From Candidatus Dormiibacterota bacterium (GTDB lineage: Bacteria; Chloroflexota; Dormibacteria; Aeolococcales; Aeolococcaceae): a stretch of DNA of 64,000 bases. Made by a program: the position numbers and the translations under genes. Location: the NCBI GenBank assembly GCA_963709585.1, contig CAVPXI010000004.1:160001-224000 (forward strand), written 5' to 3'. How positions within the stretch are numbered: position 1 is the first letter of the stretch; every line of letters starts with the position of its first letter. The notes beneath the pieces were generated by a model, which saw nothing but the letters and a program-made list of their open reading frames with translations, had not been told where the DNA came from and did no database searches. Shown piece after piece: positions 30,078 through 40,962 of the stretch.

Positions 30078-31258
30078 GCGCGATCCGCCAGGCGCCCGAT
30101 CTGCCGGCCGCGTCGACAGCACGCGATCTCTTCGAGCTGTACCGCGAGGACACTGGTGTTGTCCTTCGGCACGGCGCCGACGGTCTTGCCGCAGCGAGCG
30201 ATTCTCGAGGGATCCACGTGGACGCGGGACCGGATCACGTGCGACGAGCGGCGGCGCTCGTGCAGACCGCCCTCGACGGGACGGCCGGTCTCGGGATTGC
30301 CATGGGCGCTCTGCCATTCGAGGGCAGCTGCGACGCGGTCATCCGTCTGCCTGAGCGGGTGATCCGGGGGGCGCCGTTCCACGGCGAGATCGCGCCGCAG
30401 CCCTTATGGGCGATCACCGCGCTCATACCGGAACCGCTGCCGGTCGAGTACGAAGCCGCGGTTGAGCGCGCGCTCGAGGCGATCGACGCGGGCGAGGTCG
30501 ACAAGGTGGTCCTCGCCCGAACCCTGCTGGTGGAAGCGGACGCGCCGATCGATCCGCGTCTGCTCGCGCGGCGCTTCAACGCGGAGGAGCCTGGATCCTT
30601 CGTGTTTCTTGTGGCGCTCCCCGGAGGCAAGTCGCACCTGGTCGGCGCGTCGCCTGAACTCGTCATCCGGCGCAGGGGGCGGAAGGTTTTCAGCGATCCG
30701 CTGGCCGGCACGGCTCGCAGATCGCGGGATCGGGCTCGGGATCAGGAGATCGCCCGGCAACTGTTCGACGCCGTCAAGGAGCAGCGCGAGCATCGCTTGG
30801 TCGTGGAGGCAGTCGCGGACGCGATGGCGCCGTTCTGCTCGAAGCTCGTCGTCGATGGTGAGGCGAGCCTTACCTCGACGGCGACGCTCTGGCATCTCCA
30901 CACCGCGATCAAGGGGACGCTCAATCCGGAGGCACCCGATGCACTGACCATCGCCGCGGCTCTGCACCCCACCCCGGCGGTGTGCGGCACGCCGCAGGCT
31001 GCTGCAGCTGCGCTGATCGGCCGCCTCGAGCCCTTCAACCGCCGTTTCTTCGCGGGCCTCGTGGGTTGGGTCGATGCGCAGGGCGATGGGGAGTGGGCCT
31101 TGACCCTGCGGTGCGCGGAGGTCTCGGGATCCACGGCGCGGCTGCACGCGGGCGCCGGCATCGTGGCGGGATCCGAGCCTGCGTCCGAGGAACTCGAGAC
31201 CGAGGCGAAGTTCGGCGTCGGATTGCGAGCGCTCGGGGTGGAACCGCCTCAGACCTGA
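30074..31258 (+). CDS. menF: Isochorismate synthase
   Basis: KVVLAR, GASPEL, PLAGT, LHPTPAVCG, AGAGIVAGS..E.EAK. Confidence 0.9.
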   Translation: MSAIRQAPDLPAASTARDLFELYREDTGVVLRHGADGLAAASDSRGIHVDAGPDHVRRAAALVQTALDGTAGLGIAMGALPFEGSCDAVIRLPERVIRGAPFHGEIAPQPLWAITALIPEPLPVEYEAAVERALEAIDAGEVDKVVLARTLLVEADAPIDPRLLARRFNAEEPGSFVFLVALPGGKSHLVGASPELVIRRRGRKVFSDPLAGTARRSRDRARDQEIARQLFDAVKEQREHRLVVEAVADAMAPFCSKLVVDGEASLTSTATLWHLHTAIKGTLNPEAPDALTIAAALHPTPAVCGTPQAAAAALIGRLEPFNRRFFAGLVGWVDAQGDGEWALTLRCAEVSGSTARLHAGAGIVAGSEPASEELETEAKFGVGLRALGVEPPQT

Positions 31259-31265
31259 GCGCGGC

Positions 31266-32993
31266 CTACCCGGCAAGCGCCAAGGCCACCGTGCGCGTCA
31301 CCTCGCCGCGCAGCTCGACTGCACGCCGGCGATCGACGCGAACCCTGACGATCTGAACGCCACCCGACGTGGCCGCCTCGCTCATCGCCGGCACCAATAC
31401 TCGGGCGCTGTCGACAGTCCGAACGCCAATGCCGGCCGCACGCGCGATCGCCTCGAGGTCGAGCCCGTGCGGTGTTCCGAAGAGCAGCTCGAACTCGTCC
31501 TCCGGCAGCGACGCCTGGGTGAGCATCGAGAAGATGCCGCCGCCGTCGTTGTCCACGACCACGAGCACGATGCCCGGGCCGCGCCGCGCGCCCCAGAGCA
31601 GACCCGATGCGTCGTGGAGCACGGACAGATCGCCGAGCAACGCGTACGTCGGTCCGCTGACCTCGGCGATGCCGAGCGCCGTCGACACCAGGCCGTCGAT
31701 GCCGCTGGCGCCACGGTTGGCCAGAACTCGAAGGCCGGTGCGCGGACGCATGTACATGTCGAGATCGCGGACAGGCATGCTCGATCCGGCGAAGAGCACC
31801 CCGCCGTCCGGGATCGCGGCGGCGACATCGCGCGCGATCCGCCCTTCGAACGGCTCGTCCCACGAGTTGAGAAGCTCGTCGACGGCCTGGCGCACCTTGC
31901 GGTCCGCAGCGTGCCACTCATGGAGCCACTGCGGTCGCGTCGCAGGCAGCGACGAGCTCCGTCCGAACAGCGCTGCAACCACTTCTGCCGGATCGTCGTC
32001 GATGGTCAAGGTGGCGCGCCGATCGGGATCGGCCACCAGGCCGTCGGGGTCGACGATAAGCAGGCGGTCGGCACCACGGACCAACTCCTGCACGCCACGA
32101 GACGTGGGCGCGGCGCCGAACTGGATGACGAGGTCGGGATGATGCTGCTCCCGGAAGGCGGCGTCGGCGGCAAGCAGCGCGCCGGCTTGAAGCGCACCTG
32201 CGCGGCCGTGTCCATGGGGCGATTCGCGAAGCCCCGAGTGGGGTTCGGCGTGGAGGGGCCAGCCACGCTCTGCGCACAGGTCGACGAGTCCCGCGGGCAC
32301 AACCCGGAGCCGCCCCGCCACGACCGCGACCCGATGGCCGGTGTTCACCTCGCGCAGGAACGCGGGCATGCGGTCCACCGGACGATGCGTGGTCGTCAAT
32401 GTCGTGTAGGTGATCGACGGCGCGTCGATGGCAGCGCCGCTCGGCAACAGCGGCTCGCGAAAAGGCAGATTCAGGTGCACCGGGCCCGGCGGAGGAAACC
32501 GGACCGCGTGAGTGGTTGCCTCGACCCCGAACTGGGCCCAGCGATGCCGTTCGCGATCTCCCGCCACGGGAACGCCGGTGTCACAGAACCATTTGACGTA
32601 GCTGCCAAAGAGATTCTGCTGGTCGATGGTCTGATTGGCGCCGACACCGTGTAACTCCGGAGGCCGGTCGGCGGTCATCACGATGATCGGCACGCGCCCC
32701 ATGCATGCTTCGACGACGGCCGGGAAGTGGTTTGCGGCAGCGGTACCCGACGTGCAGAACATCGCCACAGGTTTCCCTGATCCGGCGGCGATGCCCAACC
32801 CGAAGAACGCAGATGAGCGCTCGTCGACGTGCACATGCAGCGTGATTCCCGGGTGACGAGCAGCCGCCAGCGCGATCGGCGTCGATCGTGATCCCGGTGT
32901 CATGCACATGTGCTCGACGCCTCCGCCCACGAGACCGTCGAGCAAAGCCGTCACGCACGCGAGCGCGATATCCCCTTCGCCGGGTTCCGTCAC
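31266..32993 (-). CDS. menD: SEPHCHC synthase
   Basis: PGSRSTP, DERSSAF, TSGTAAANH, TADRPPEL, NRGASGIDG, DNDGGGIF. Confidence 0.96.
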   Translation of the reverse strand: MTEPGEGDIALACVTALLDGLVGGGVEHMCMTPGSRSTPIALAAARHPGITLHVHVDERSSAFFGLGIAAGSGKPVAMFCTSGTAAANHFPAVVEACMGRVPIIVMTADRPPELHGVGANQTIDQQNLFGSYVKWFCDTGVPVAGDRERHRWAQFGVEATTHAVRFPPPGPVHLNLPFREPLLPSGAAIDAPSITYTTLTTTHRPVDRMPAFLREVNTGHRVAVVAGRLRVVPAGLVDLCAERGWPLHAEPHSGLRESPHGHGRAGALQAGALLAADAAFREQHHPDLVIQFGAAPTSRGVQELVRGADRLLIVDPDGLVADPDRRATLTIDDDPAEVVAALFGRSSSLPATRPQWLHEWHAADRKVRQAVDELLNSWDEPFEGRIARDVAAAIPDGGVLFAGSSMPVRDLDMYMRPRTGLRVLANRGASGIDGLVSTALGIAEVSGPTYALLGDLSVLHDASGLLWGARRGPGIVLVVVDNDGGGIFSMLTQASLPEDEFELLFGTPHGLDLEAIARAAGIGVRTVDSARVLVPAMSEAATSGGVQIVRVRVDRRRAVELRGEVTRTVALALAG

Positions 32994-33847
32994 GCGGTGA
33001 CCAGCAGGCGCATGTCCACCGATGGCCGCCGCGGGATGAGCCAGCCCAGGGTGGGGATGAGAGGATCGCTGACCACGTCCGACGCAAGCAGCAGGGCCGT
33101 GCCGGCGCCGTGGGCGAACGGCGCGTCCGGCAGTGACGCAGCGAGCGCGACCACCGCGGCGAGTCCGATGGACGTCTCCAGGGCACTTGACGCGATCGCG
33201 GGAACGCCGCTCTCCTCTGCGGCTCGGAGCGCCTGGCGCACTCCGCCGATGCGCTGAGGCTTGAGCACGATCACATCGGCGGCCTCGAGCTGGCGGAGGC
33301 GTCGCGCGTCAGCAGTCGCCCTGATGCACGACTCCGCGGCGACAGGCATGCCGGCACGGCCGCGCAACGTCGCGAGCTCTTCCAGCGACGCGACCGGGTC
33401 CTCGATCAACTCGATGTCGTAGGCGGCGAGTTGCGCCAGCTCGCGAACGGCGGTCTCGACATCCCATGCACCATTGGCGTCAAGGCGGATCTTGACGTGC
33501 GGGCCGCACGCTGATCGGACCGCTGCGACCCTGTCGAGCGATTGCTCGTCGCCGACCTTGACCTTGACGGTGGCGCACCCCGAGCTGAGCGCGAGTGCCG
33601 CGGCGGCGTCAGGCGCGAGCCGCGGGACCATCGCGTTGACGGCGACGCGATCGCGTGCCTCCGCTGGGAACGGCAGCGTCGCCGCCTCGAGCGCCGATCG
33701 CTCGGCCGCCGCGCGCTCGGCATCGCCCCAGCTTGGCAGTGGCGAGAATTCGCCCCATCCGGCAGGACCCTCGATGAGGTATCCGCTGCGCATGGTCACG
33801 CCCATGACCGGGTGGCGCAGCGCGACGCTGAAAGGCAGACGCTTCAC
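32990..33847 (-). CDS. menC: o-succinylbenzoate synthase (actinobacterial short type)
   Basis: GWGEFSP, TVKVKVG, RLDANGAW, IEDPV, AAESC, SSALETSIG. Confidence 0.9.
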   Translation of the reverse strand: MKRLPFSVALRHPVMGVTMRSGYLIEGPAGWGEFSPLPSWGDAERAAAERSALEAATLPFPAEARDRVAVNAMVPRLAPDAAAALALSSGCATVKVKVGDEQSLDRVAAVRSACGPHVKIRLDANGAWDVETAVRELAQLAAYDIELIEDPVASLEELATLRGRAGMPVAAESCIRATADARRLRQLEAADVIVLKPQRIGGVRQALRAAEESGVPAIASSALETSIGLAAVVALAASLPDAPFAHGAGTALLLASDVVSDPLIPTLGWLIPRRPSVDMRLLVTA

Positions 33848-34742
33848 GACGCAAGCAGCGCGCCCGCGAGGACGGCGCCGAACACCAGTTGCAATCGCGT
33901 GATGCCGATGAGCGCGGGCACGAGCGCCCGACCTTCGGCGGTGCGCACGGTGCGCAGTGGCGCGAACGCGAGCGGAATCGTCAGCAGCGTGAGCGCGACG
34001 AGCCACGGCAGCGTGCGAACCAGCGCACCCGCCGAGGGCAGAAGCAGCGCGATCACCACGATCGCCACGAGGAGGTTGCGGCTTCGCGGCGCACCGAGGC
34101 GCACCGCGAGGGTTCGCTTGCCCACCGCGCTGTCGGTGGGAATGTCACGCAGGTTGTTCACCATCAGCAGCGCGCACGCCAGCAACCCGACCGGAATCGC
34201 GAGCCAGAAGACGCTCGCGTCGAGCCGGTCCTGCTGGACGAACGCGGTGCCAGCCGTGGCCACGAGACCGAAGAAGACGAACACCGAGATCTCGCCAAGC
34301 CCGCTCGCAGCGTATGGCTTCGGACCGCCCGAGTAGAGCGCCAGGGCGAGCACCGAGAGCGCGCCTGCGGCGATGAGCCAGGGTGTGGTGAGCAGGGCGA
34401 GGACGAGCCCGGCCACGGCGGCGATGCACACCGTTGCGATCGCCGCGGTCGCGACCGCGCGCGGTGGCGCGAGGCCCGACGCGACCAGGCGCCGCGGCCC
34501 GATCCGCGCCGCGGTGTCGACCCCGCGCACGCCGTCGAAGTAGTCGTTGGCGTAATTCACACCGATCTGCAGGGCGACGGCGACGACCAGGGCGAGCAGG
34601 GAGCGTGGAATCGAGACCGCGCTCCGGCCGGCCCAGCCGCACCGACGAGCACGGGAACGATTGCCGCGACCAGCGTTCGCGGTCGCGCACCGATCCACCA
34701 GACGGCGAGCGGACCCGGCCGGGGGGCCGCCTCCGCGATCAC
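33844..34742 (-). CDS. menA: DHNA polyprenyltransferase, frameshifted near 34620
   Basis: GARPRTL is in one frame; [41 protein letters not shown] are in the next. Confidence 0.92.
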
Positions 34743-35563
34743 GGCCGGTGGGGGAACTTCGCGAAGTCGGGTTTGCGCTTCTCGACGTACGCGTTGCGGC
34801 CTTCCTGCGCCTCCTCGCTCATATAGAAGAGCAGGGTTGCGTCGCCGGCGAGCTGCTGCACGCCGGCGAGACCGTCGCTGTCGGCGTTGAAGCCGGCCTT
34901 GAGCAGGCGCAGCGCGAGCGGGCTCATCTCGAGCATCCGGTTGCACACCGCGACCGTCTCCTCCTCGAGGCGCTCGAGCGGGACGACCCGGTTGACCAGC
35001 CCCCAACGCTCGGCGGTGGCAGCGTCGTACTGCTCGCACAGGAACCAGATCTCCTTGGCGCGCTTCAACCCGATGGTTCGGGCCAGGAGCCCGGCGCCGT
35101 AGCCGGCATCGAACGAGCCCACCTTGGGTCCGGTCTGACCGAAGCGCGCGTTGTCGGCGGCGATGGTCAGGTCGCACACCAGGTGGAGGACGTGGCCGCC
35201 ACCGATCGCGTAGCCCGCCACCATGGCGACGACCGGCTTGGGCAGGCGCCGGATCTGCACCTGCAGGTCGAGCACGTTGAGGCGTCCGATCCCGGCGGGA
35301 TCGCGATAGCCGTCATCGCCGCGGACGCGCTGGTCGCCGCCCGAGCAGAACGCCTGGGTGCCCTCGCCAGTCAGCACCACGACCCCGATCGTCGGATCGT
35401 CGCGGGCAATCTCGAAGGCGCGAGACAGCTCGAAGAGCGTGGTCGGCCGGAACGCGTTGCGAACCTCCGGCCGGTTGATGGTCAGCTTGGCGATGCCGCC
35501 GGCGGTCTCGTAGCGAAGGTCCTCCCAGTCGCCGGTCGCGACCCACTCCACGATGGCATGCAC
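34739..35563 (-). CDS. menB: DHNA-CoA synthase
   Basis: [43 protein letters not shown]. Confidence 0.97.
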   Translation of the reverse strand: MHAIVEWVATGDWEDLRYETAGGIAKLTINRPEVRNAFRPTTLFELSRAFEIARDDPTIGVVVLTGEGTQAFCSGGDQRVRGDDGYRDPAGIGRLNVLDLQVQIRRLPKPVVAMVAGYAIGGGHVLHLVCDLTIAADNARFGQTGPKVGSFDAGYGAGLLARTIGLKRAKEIWFLCEQYDAATAERWGLVNRVVPLERLEEETVAVCNRMLEMSPLALRLLKAGFNADSDGLAGVQQLAGDATLLFYMSEEAQEGRNAYVEKRKPDFAKFPHRP

Positions 35564-35640
35564 CTCACGTTGAACTCGAATCGATCGCTCTCGATGGTAG
35601 CCCGCCAGGGTCCGGGCGGGCGGCGGGGTACGCTCGGCGG

Positions 35641-36813
35641 ATGACCGCGTCCGAGCTACGCCGCGTGCTGCGTGTGGGCGACATTGCCGCCGTCACCCTG
35701 AAACCTGGCGCATCGTGGCTCCCGGTTCTCCGCCGCGCCCGCGAGGTGGGCGCGGCGATCCTGCCGATCGACATTCGCCTCTCGAAGCCCGAGCGCGCGG
35801 CGCTGGTCGTCATCGCGCAGCCGACCGTGATCGCCGACGAGGCAGGAATCCGTCGGGCGGACGGGGAGCCGATCGATCCCGAGATCGCCCTTGTCATCGC
35901 CACGTCTGGAACCTCGGGTCAGGCACGGCTGGCTGAACTCCCCGCGGTCGCGGTGGAGGCGGCGGTGGTGGCCTCGGCCACGGCCATCGACGCCCGCGCC
36001 GAGGACCGGTGGCTCTCCTGCCTGCCGCCGGCGCACATCGGCGGACTGCTCGTTCTCGAGCGCCATCTACTCCTCGGGGCGCCGATCACGTTCCGGCGCC
36101 GCCTCACACGCTCGGTCGTGGCTCGGCTCGGCGACGCGCGTTTCACGTCGCTGGTGCCCACGCAGCTCGCCCGCCTGCTCGACGTCGATGCCGACCTCGC
36201 CCGCTTCCGGGCGATCCTCGTCGGCGGATCGGGGGTGGATGCCGAGCTCACGACCAGGGCGGCGAAGGCCGGTCTGCGCGTGGTGCCGACCTACGGGATG
36301 ACCGAGACCTGCGGCGGGGTCGTGTACGCGGGCCGCCCGCTTGCCGGCGTGGAGGTGCGCGCCGCGGGCTGGGGCGAGCTGCTCGTGCGCGGGCCGACGC
36401 TCATGCGCGGCTACCGGCTCGATCCCGCCGCTTCGCTCGCCGCCTTCGAACCGGGTGGGTGGTTGCGCACAGGAGACGCCGGCGAGGTCGATACCGATGG
36501 GACGGTCCGCGTGCACGGGCGGATCGCGGACGTGATCGTCAGTGGCGGCGAGAAGATCTGGCCGGCGGAGGTCGAGGCGGCGCTGATGAGCCATCCGGAC
36601 GTTGCGGGTGCCCTGGTCTCGGCGAGCCCCGACCGCGAATGGGGCCAGCGGGTGGTGGTGCGCGTCGTCCCGCGACGCCGCTCGAACCCACCCACGCTCG
36701 ACTCGCTGCGCGATCACGCAGCGCAGACGGTTGCCCGGCACAAGCTGCCCCGCGAGTTGATCATCGTCGAGCGCCTCGACCGCACCGCACTGGGGAAGAT
36801 TCGCCGCCGTTGA
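35641..36813 (+). CDS. menE: o-succinylbenzoate-CoA ligase
   Basis: [39 protein letters not shown]; divergent from menB. Confidence 0.88.
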   Translation: MTASELRRVLRVGDIAAVTLKPGASWLPVLRRAREVGAAILPIDIRLSKPERAALVVIAQPTVIADEAGIRRADGEPIDPEIALVIATSGTSGQARLAELPAVAVEAAVVASATAIDARAEDRWLSCLPPAHIGGLLVLERHLLLGAPITFRRRLTRSVVARLGDARFTSLVPTQLARLLDVDADLARFRAILVGGSGVDAELTTRAAKAGLRVVPTYGMTETCGGVVYAGRPLAGVEVRAAGWGELLVRGPTLMRGYRLDPAASLAAFEPGGWLRTGDAGEVDTDGTVRVHGRIADVIVSGGEKIWPAEVEAALMSHPDVAGALVSASPDREWGQRVVVRVVPRRRSNPPTLDSLRDHAAQTVARHKLPRELIIVERLDRTALGKIRRR

Positions 36814-36817
36814 CCGC

Positions 36818-37633
36818 TCAGGAGACGGCTGCGAGGTATCGCGGAGGGTCGGTGTCAGACCCCGCGTCGACCCGCTCGATGCCACCGTCACGGACCAGCT
36901 TGTCGAGATGCGCCTGGACGGTCCAGGCGGCGAGGGGATAGACCTCGACCGGGTACCCCGCATAGAGCGTGGGGACGAGGTCCATGGGCGTGAACGCTGG
37001 CCTTCCCTGGGCCGCGGCGAGCACCTGCGCCTCGCGCTCCAGGCGGTGAGCGATGTACTCGTCAATCAGCGCCCCCGCGTTGTCGACGCGCTCGCCATGC
37101 CCGGGCAGGATGGTCAGCGGTTGCAGCGCGCGCACTCGGCGCAGCGACTCCATGTAGTCGGACATGTCGCCTTCGCCGGGATGGACGACCGATGTGGTGC
37201 CGTTCAGGATGTGATCGCCGGTATAGAGCGTGCGCGTTGCGGGGTCGAGGAAGCAGAGATGGTCGCGCGTGTGCCCGGGCGTGTGCACGGCGATCAGCTC
37301 GAGGTCGCCACGGCGCATGACGTCGCCGTCGGAGAGTGCCTGCGCATGCTCGTTCCCCGCCGACGGGTCGAAGCAGTGCACGGTCGCTCCAGTCCGCTGC
37401 GCGAGCCGCAGCGCCAGCGGGCGATGGTCCGGGTGCGAGTGGGTGAGCACGATCGTCGTGATCCGGCCGGCACGGGCGCCCGCGGCGTCGAGGATGGCGG
37501 CGAGATGACCGTCGTCGTCGGGGCCGGGGTCGACGCACACCAGGGAGGTGCCGCCGGCGAGGTACGTATTCGTCCCACGACCCGTGAACACCGACGGGTT
37601 GGGTGCGAGCACGCGCGTCGGGGGGCTGGTCAC
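36818..37633 (-). CDS. MBL-fold metallo-hydrolase (LACTB2-like)
   Basis: APNPSVFTGRGTNTY, THSHPDH, TPGHT, TGDH, PGHG. Confidence 0.9.
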   Translation of the reverse strand: MTSPPTRVLAPNPSVFTGRGTNTYLAGGTSLVCVDPGPDDDGHLAAILDAAGARAGRITTIVLTHSHPDHRPLALRLAQRTGATVHCFDPSAGNEHAQALSDGDVMRRGDLELIAVHTPGHTRDHLCFLDPATRTLYTGDHILNGTTSVVHPGEGDMSDYMESLRRVRALQPLTILPGHGERVDNAGALIDEYIAHRLEREAQVLAAAQGRPAFTPMDLVPTLYAGYPVEVYPLAAWTVQAHLDKLVRDGGIERVDAGSDTDPPRYLAAVS

Positions 37634-38313
37634 GACGATCCGCCCTGCTCGGGCTCGAGTGCCATCCAGCGGGCGATGATCTCCGGGGTGATCTCGGTCT
37701 CCTCGATCGGGTGCGCACCGAGCGTTCTCAGGATCGCGTCGACGGATCCGAGCCGGGCAAACTCGTGGCACATCACCCGGGTGGGCGGCATGATCGCTGG
37801 AAGCTCGAGGCCGAGCATCTGCTCCGGCCGGTGCCACCCGCCCTCGACGGCCTCCGCCGCGTGCACGCACACCTCCTGGCCGCCCGGTGCGGCGAGCGCG
37901 AAGAACCTCGTGTCGTAGCGACGCCCCTCGCGTGGCGGCGTGATGAGATGCCCGATGTAGACAAGACGCTCGGGCGCAATCACCAGGTCATGTTCGGTAA
38001 GGGTCTCGGCGAGGTCTCCACCCGCAAGCAGCTTCGAACGGGCCGCTCCGATACGTGCCGCGAGGTCGCCATCGCTAACGCCGTCAGCCCCACCGCCGAT
38101 GAGGATGCCGACCTCCTCGAGCACCTCGCGGACGCCGGCGACCGCGTACGCCGCCTCACCGCTGCCGTCCGCGGCGTCCAGCGCGCCACCGGGGAAGACG
38201 AATGCCCCCGCGGCGAAGCTGCTCCGGCCCGGACGGCGCAGCATGCAGACCTCGACGCCTCCGTCGACGTCGCGCAGCAGCGCAACCGTGCTGGCCGGGA
38301 TCGCGACACTCAC
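37630..38313 (-). CDS. NUDIX hydrolase (NUDT19-like)
   Basis: FVFPGG..D..D, AGVREVLEEVGI, ITP..RRYDTRFF, IMPPT. Confidence 0.88.
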   Translation of the reverse strand: MSVAIPASTVALLRDVDGGVEVCMLRRPGRSSFAAGAFVFPGGALDAADGSGEAAYAVAGVREVLEEVGILIGGGADGVSDGDLAARIGAARSKLLAGGDLAETLTEHDLVIAPERLVYIGHLITPPREGRRYDTRFFALAAPGGQEVCVHAAEAVEGGWHRPEQMLGLELPAIMPPTRVMCHEFARLGSVDAILRTLGAHPIEETEITPEIIARWMALEPEQGGSS

Positions 38314-38379
38314 CTACGCATGGTATGAGTGCGGTGATCGAGCACGACTCGACCGCCGATCGCGTCACCATGCCCTCCG

Positions 38380-39150
38380 ATGTCATCCCACCTCGAGGTC
38401 GCGCTGGAGCTCGCCGACATCGCCGATGCGATCACGCTGGCGCGCTTCCGTGCGCCTGATCTGCGCGTCGACACCAAGGCCGACCGCACCCCGGTGACCG
38501 ACGCCGACCGCACCACCGAACAGGCGCTTCGTGGCGCGTTGCAGCGCCTGCGCCCGGGGCAGGAGATCGTCGGCGAGGAGTTCGGTGGCCACGCGCAGGG
38601 TGAGTGGCGCTGGATCCTCGACCCCATCGACGGGACGGTGAACTACGCCAACGGTGTCCCGGTCTGGGCATCGCTGATCGCGCTGATGCGCGGTGACCGC
38701 GCCGTCTGCGGCGTGGTCTCGGCGCCCGCGTTGGGCCGGCGATGGTGGGCGGCGACCGGCCAGGGTGCGTTCACCGGTTCGGGACAGCGCATCCACGTCT
38801 CGGGGACGCCGGTCCTCGAGGAGGCGTATGTGTCGTGCACCGACGTGCGTGACTTCGCGACCCGTCGTGGTGAGCGGGGGTTCCGCACCGTGCTCCAGCG
38901 GGCGCGGGTGGTGCGAGCCTTCGGCGATTTCTGGTCCCACATGCTGGTCGCCGAGGGGGTGATCGACGTCGCCGTCGAAGCCTGGGTCAACCCATGGGAT
39001 GTCGCCGCGACCCAGGCGATCGTGATTGAAGCCGGCGGCCGCTTCAGCGATTTCGACGGCGAGGTGCGCATCGACACCGGCACCGTGATCACCACCAACG
39101 GCCTGCTCCATGACGAACTGGTGAGCCTGATGGGAGATCGTTCCGAGTAG
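38380..39150 (+). CDS. hisN: Histidinol-phosphatase (inositol monophosphatase family)
   Basis: KADRTPVTDAD, GEEFG, WILDPIDGT, GVPVWASLI, RAFGDFWSHMLVAEG. Confidence 0.82.
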   Translation: MSSHLEVALELADIADAITLARFRAPDLRVDTKADRTPVTDADRTTEQALRGALQRLRPGQEIVGEEFGGHAQGEWRWILDPIDGTVNYANGVPVWASLIALMRGDRAVCGVVSAPALGRRWWAATGQGAFTGSGQRIHVSGTPVLEEAYVSCTDVRDFATRRGERGFRTVLQRARVVRAFGDFWSHMLVAEGVIDVAVEAWVNPWDVAATQAIVIEAGGRFSDFDGEVRIDTGTVITTNGLLHDELVSLMGDRSE

Positions 39151-39151
39151 C

Positions 39152-39174
39152 TAAACGAGACTGAGTTTCATGTA
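39152..39174. promoter_or_regulatory. Putative Zur/Fur-type operator upstream of the metal ABC operon
   Basis: AT-rich imperfect palindrome TAAACGAGACTGAGTTTCATGTA next to the -10 element TAGACT. Confidence 0.45.
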
Positions 39175-39186
39175 GACTTCGGTCTC

Positions 39187-40128
39187 ATGAAATTCTCCTA
39201 TCCTCGCCGCAGTTCAGACATGGCCCGGATGACAGCGGCCGGGCTCGGACTGATCGTCCTGGTCAGCGCGTGCGGCGCGACCTCCAGCCAGGCGGCGCCG
39301 GGCACCATTGCAGTCGTGGCCGCCGAGAACGAGTACGGCAACGTCGCTGCCCAGATCGGCGGGAAGGACGTGTCCGTGACGTCCGTTGAGAGCAACCCGA
39401 ACACCGATCCGCACACTTATGAGGTCAGCCCGAGCGTGGCCCAGGAGGTCGGGGCCGCCGAGCTGGTCATCCAGAACGGCGTCGGCTACGACAACTACAT
39501 GACCAAGATCCTGTCGGCGTCACCAGGCCAAACTCGCAAGGTCATCAACGTGCAGCATCTCCTCGGGCTTCCTGACAGCACGCCAAACCCGCATCTGTGG
39601 TATGACCCGACAACCATGCCGAAGGTGGCCAACGCGCTGGCTGCCGACTACGCGGCACTGAAGCCGGCCGATGCCTCGTATTTCACGACGAACGCAAGCC
39701 GGTTCATCGTCTCGCTCAACCCCTGGCTGCAGGCTCTCGCGAGCTTCAAGTCGCAGTACGCCGGGACGCCGGTGGCCACCACGGAACCGGTCGCGGACTA
39801 CATGCTTCAGGCGGCGGGCGCCGACAACCTGACACCCTTCAAGTTTCAGGCGGACATCATGAACGGGGTCGATCCCGCACCCCAGGATGTGTCGCTCGAG
39901 ACGGGTCTGTTCACTCAGCACAGGGTCAAGGTGCTCGTGTACAACCAGCAGGTCACCGACACGCTGACGCAGACCTTCATCAGCGCCGCACAGTCCGCGA
40001 AGATCCCGGTCATCGGCGTGTACGAGACGATGCCGACGCCCGGCTACAACTACCAGTCGTGGATGCTCTCGGAGGTCGCTGCGCTGCAGAAGGCCGTCGC
40101 CGACGGTATCTCCACGCAACACTTGTAG
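39187..40128 (+). CDS. Zn/Mn ABC transporter substrate-binding lipoprotein (cluster A-I)
   Basis: Lipobox VSAC, DPHTYE, NPHLWYDP, TEPVADY. Confidence 0.92.
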   Translation: MKFSYPRRSSDMARMTAAGLGLIVLVSACGATSSQAAPGTIAVVAAENEYGNVAAQIGGKDVSVTSVESNPNTDPHTYEVSPSVAQEVGAAELVIQNGVGYDNYMTKILSASPGQTRKVINVQHLLGLPDSTPNPHLWYDPTTMPKVANALAADYAALKPADASYFTTNASRFIVSLNPWLQALASFKSQYAGTPVATTEPVADYMLQAAGADNLTPFKFQADIMNGVDPAPQDVSLETGLFTQHRVKVLVYNQQVTDTLTQTFISAAQSAKIPVIGVYETMPTPGYNYQSWMLSEVAALQKAVADGISTQHL

Positions 40129-40130
40129 AC

Positions 40131-40960
40131 GTGCAGGGACGCGCCGCCACCGGCTCGGACGAGATCCTCGCCGTCGACGCCATCAGCGTCACCCTGTCCG
40201 GGCGCGAGATCCTCCACGACGTCACCTTCCACATCAATGCGGGTGAGTTCACCGGGCTGATCGGCTCGAACGGTGCCGGCAAGACAACGCTGCTCCGCGT
40301 CATCCTCGGGCTCATCAGCCCAGCGCCGGCACGGTGCGCGTTGATGGTGGAGGGCAGCGTCAACCGCTCATCGGCTACGTGCCTCAGCGGATCACGCTCG
40401 ACCCGGACATGCCGTTGCGCGCGCGCGACCTGGTCGGGCTCGGCATCGACGGTCAGCGGTTCGGACTGCCGCTGCCGTCGTCCACACGACGCAAGCAGGT
40501 CGACGACATGCTCGAGGCCGTCGACGCAACGCGCTTCGCCAACTCGCGGGTCGGCAACCTGTCCGGTGGCGAGCAGCAGCGGATCCTCATCGCCCATGCG
40601 CTGATCAGCCGTCCGCGCCTGCTGCTCCTCGACGAACCGCTCGCGAACCTGGACCTCGGCAGCGAGCAGGAGGTGGTGGACCTGCTGGCGCGAATCGCGA
40701 GGGAGCAGCGGATCGCCGTGCTTATCTCTACGCACGACATGAACCCATTGCTTCCCGTGATGGACCGCATCGTCTATATCGCGAACGGACGGATTGCGAC
40801 CGGGACGACCGCTGAGGTTGTCTCGAGCGAGTCGCTCACCAAGCTCTACGGAGTCCACGTCGACGTCATCCACGTCCACGATCGCATTCTCGTGGTGGCG
40901 GGACGCCGCGAGGAGGCGCTTCAGCACGGGGACACCGAGTCGATCGTCGAGCTGGTGTAG
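40131..40960 (+). CDS. Metal ABC transporter ATP-binding protein, frameshifted near 40325
   Basis: GSNGAGKTT in one frame; IGYVPQ, LSGGEQQR, LDEPLANLD in the next. Confidence 0.9.
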
Positions 40961-40962
40961 CG

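Noticed and set aside
28299-30317. Long antisense or alternative-frame ORFs (e.g. the 672-aa ORF here and many others)
   Set aside because: These are Arg/Pro/Gly-rich shadow ORFs expected at about 70% GC, overlapping well-supported genes.
36818-38313. NUDIX-MBL gene pair as a novel system
   Set aside because: This is a widespread pairing, often fused, and nothing unusual is visible here.
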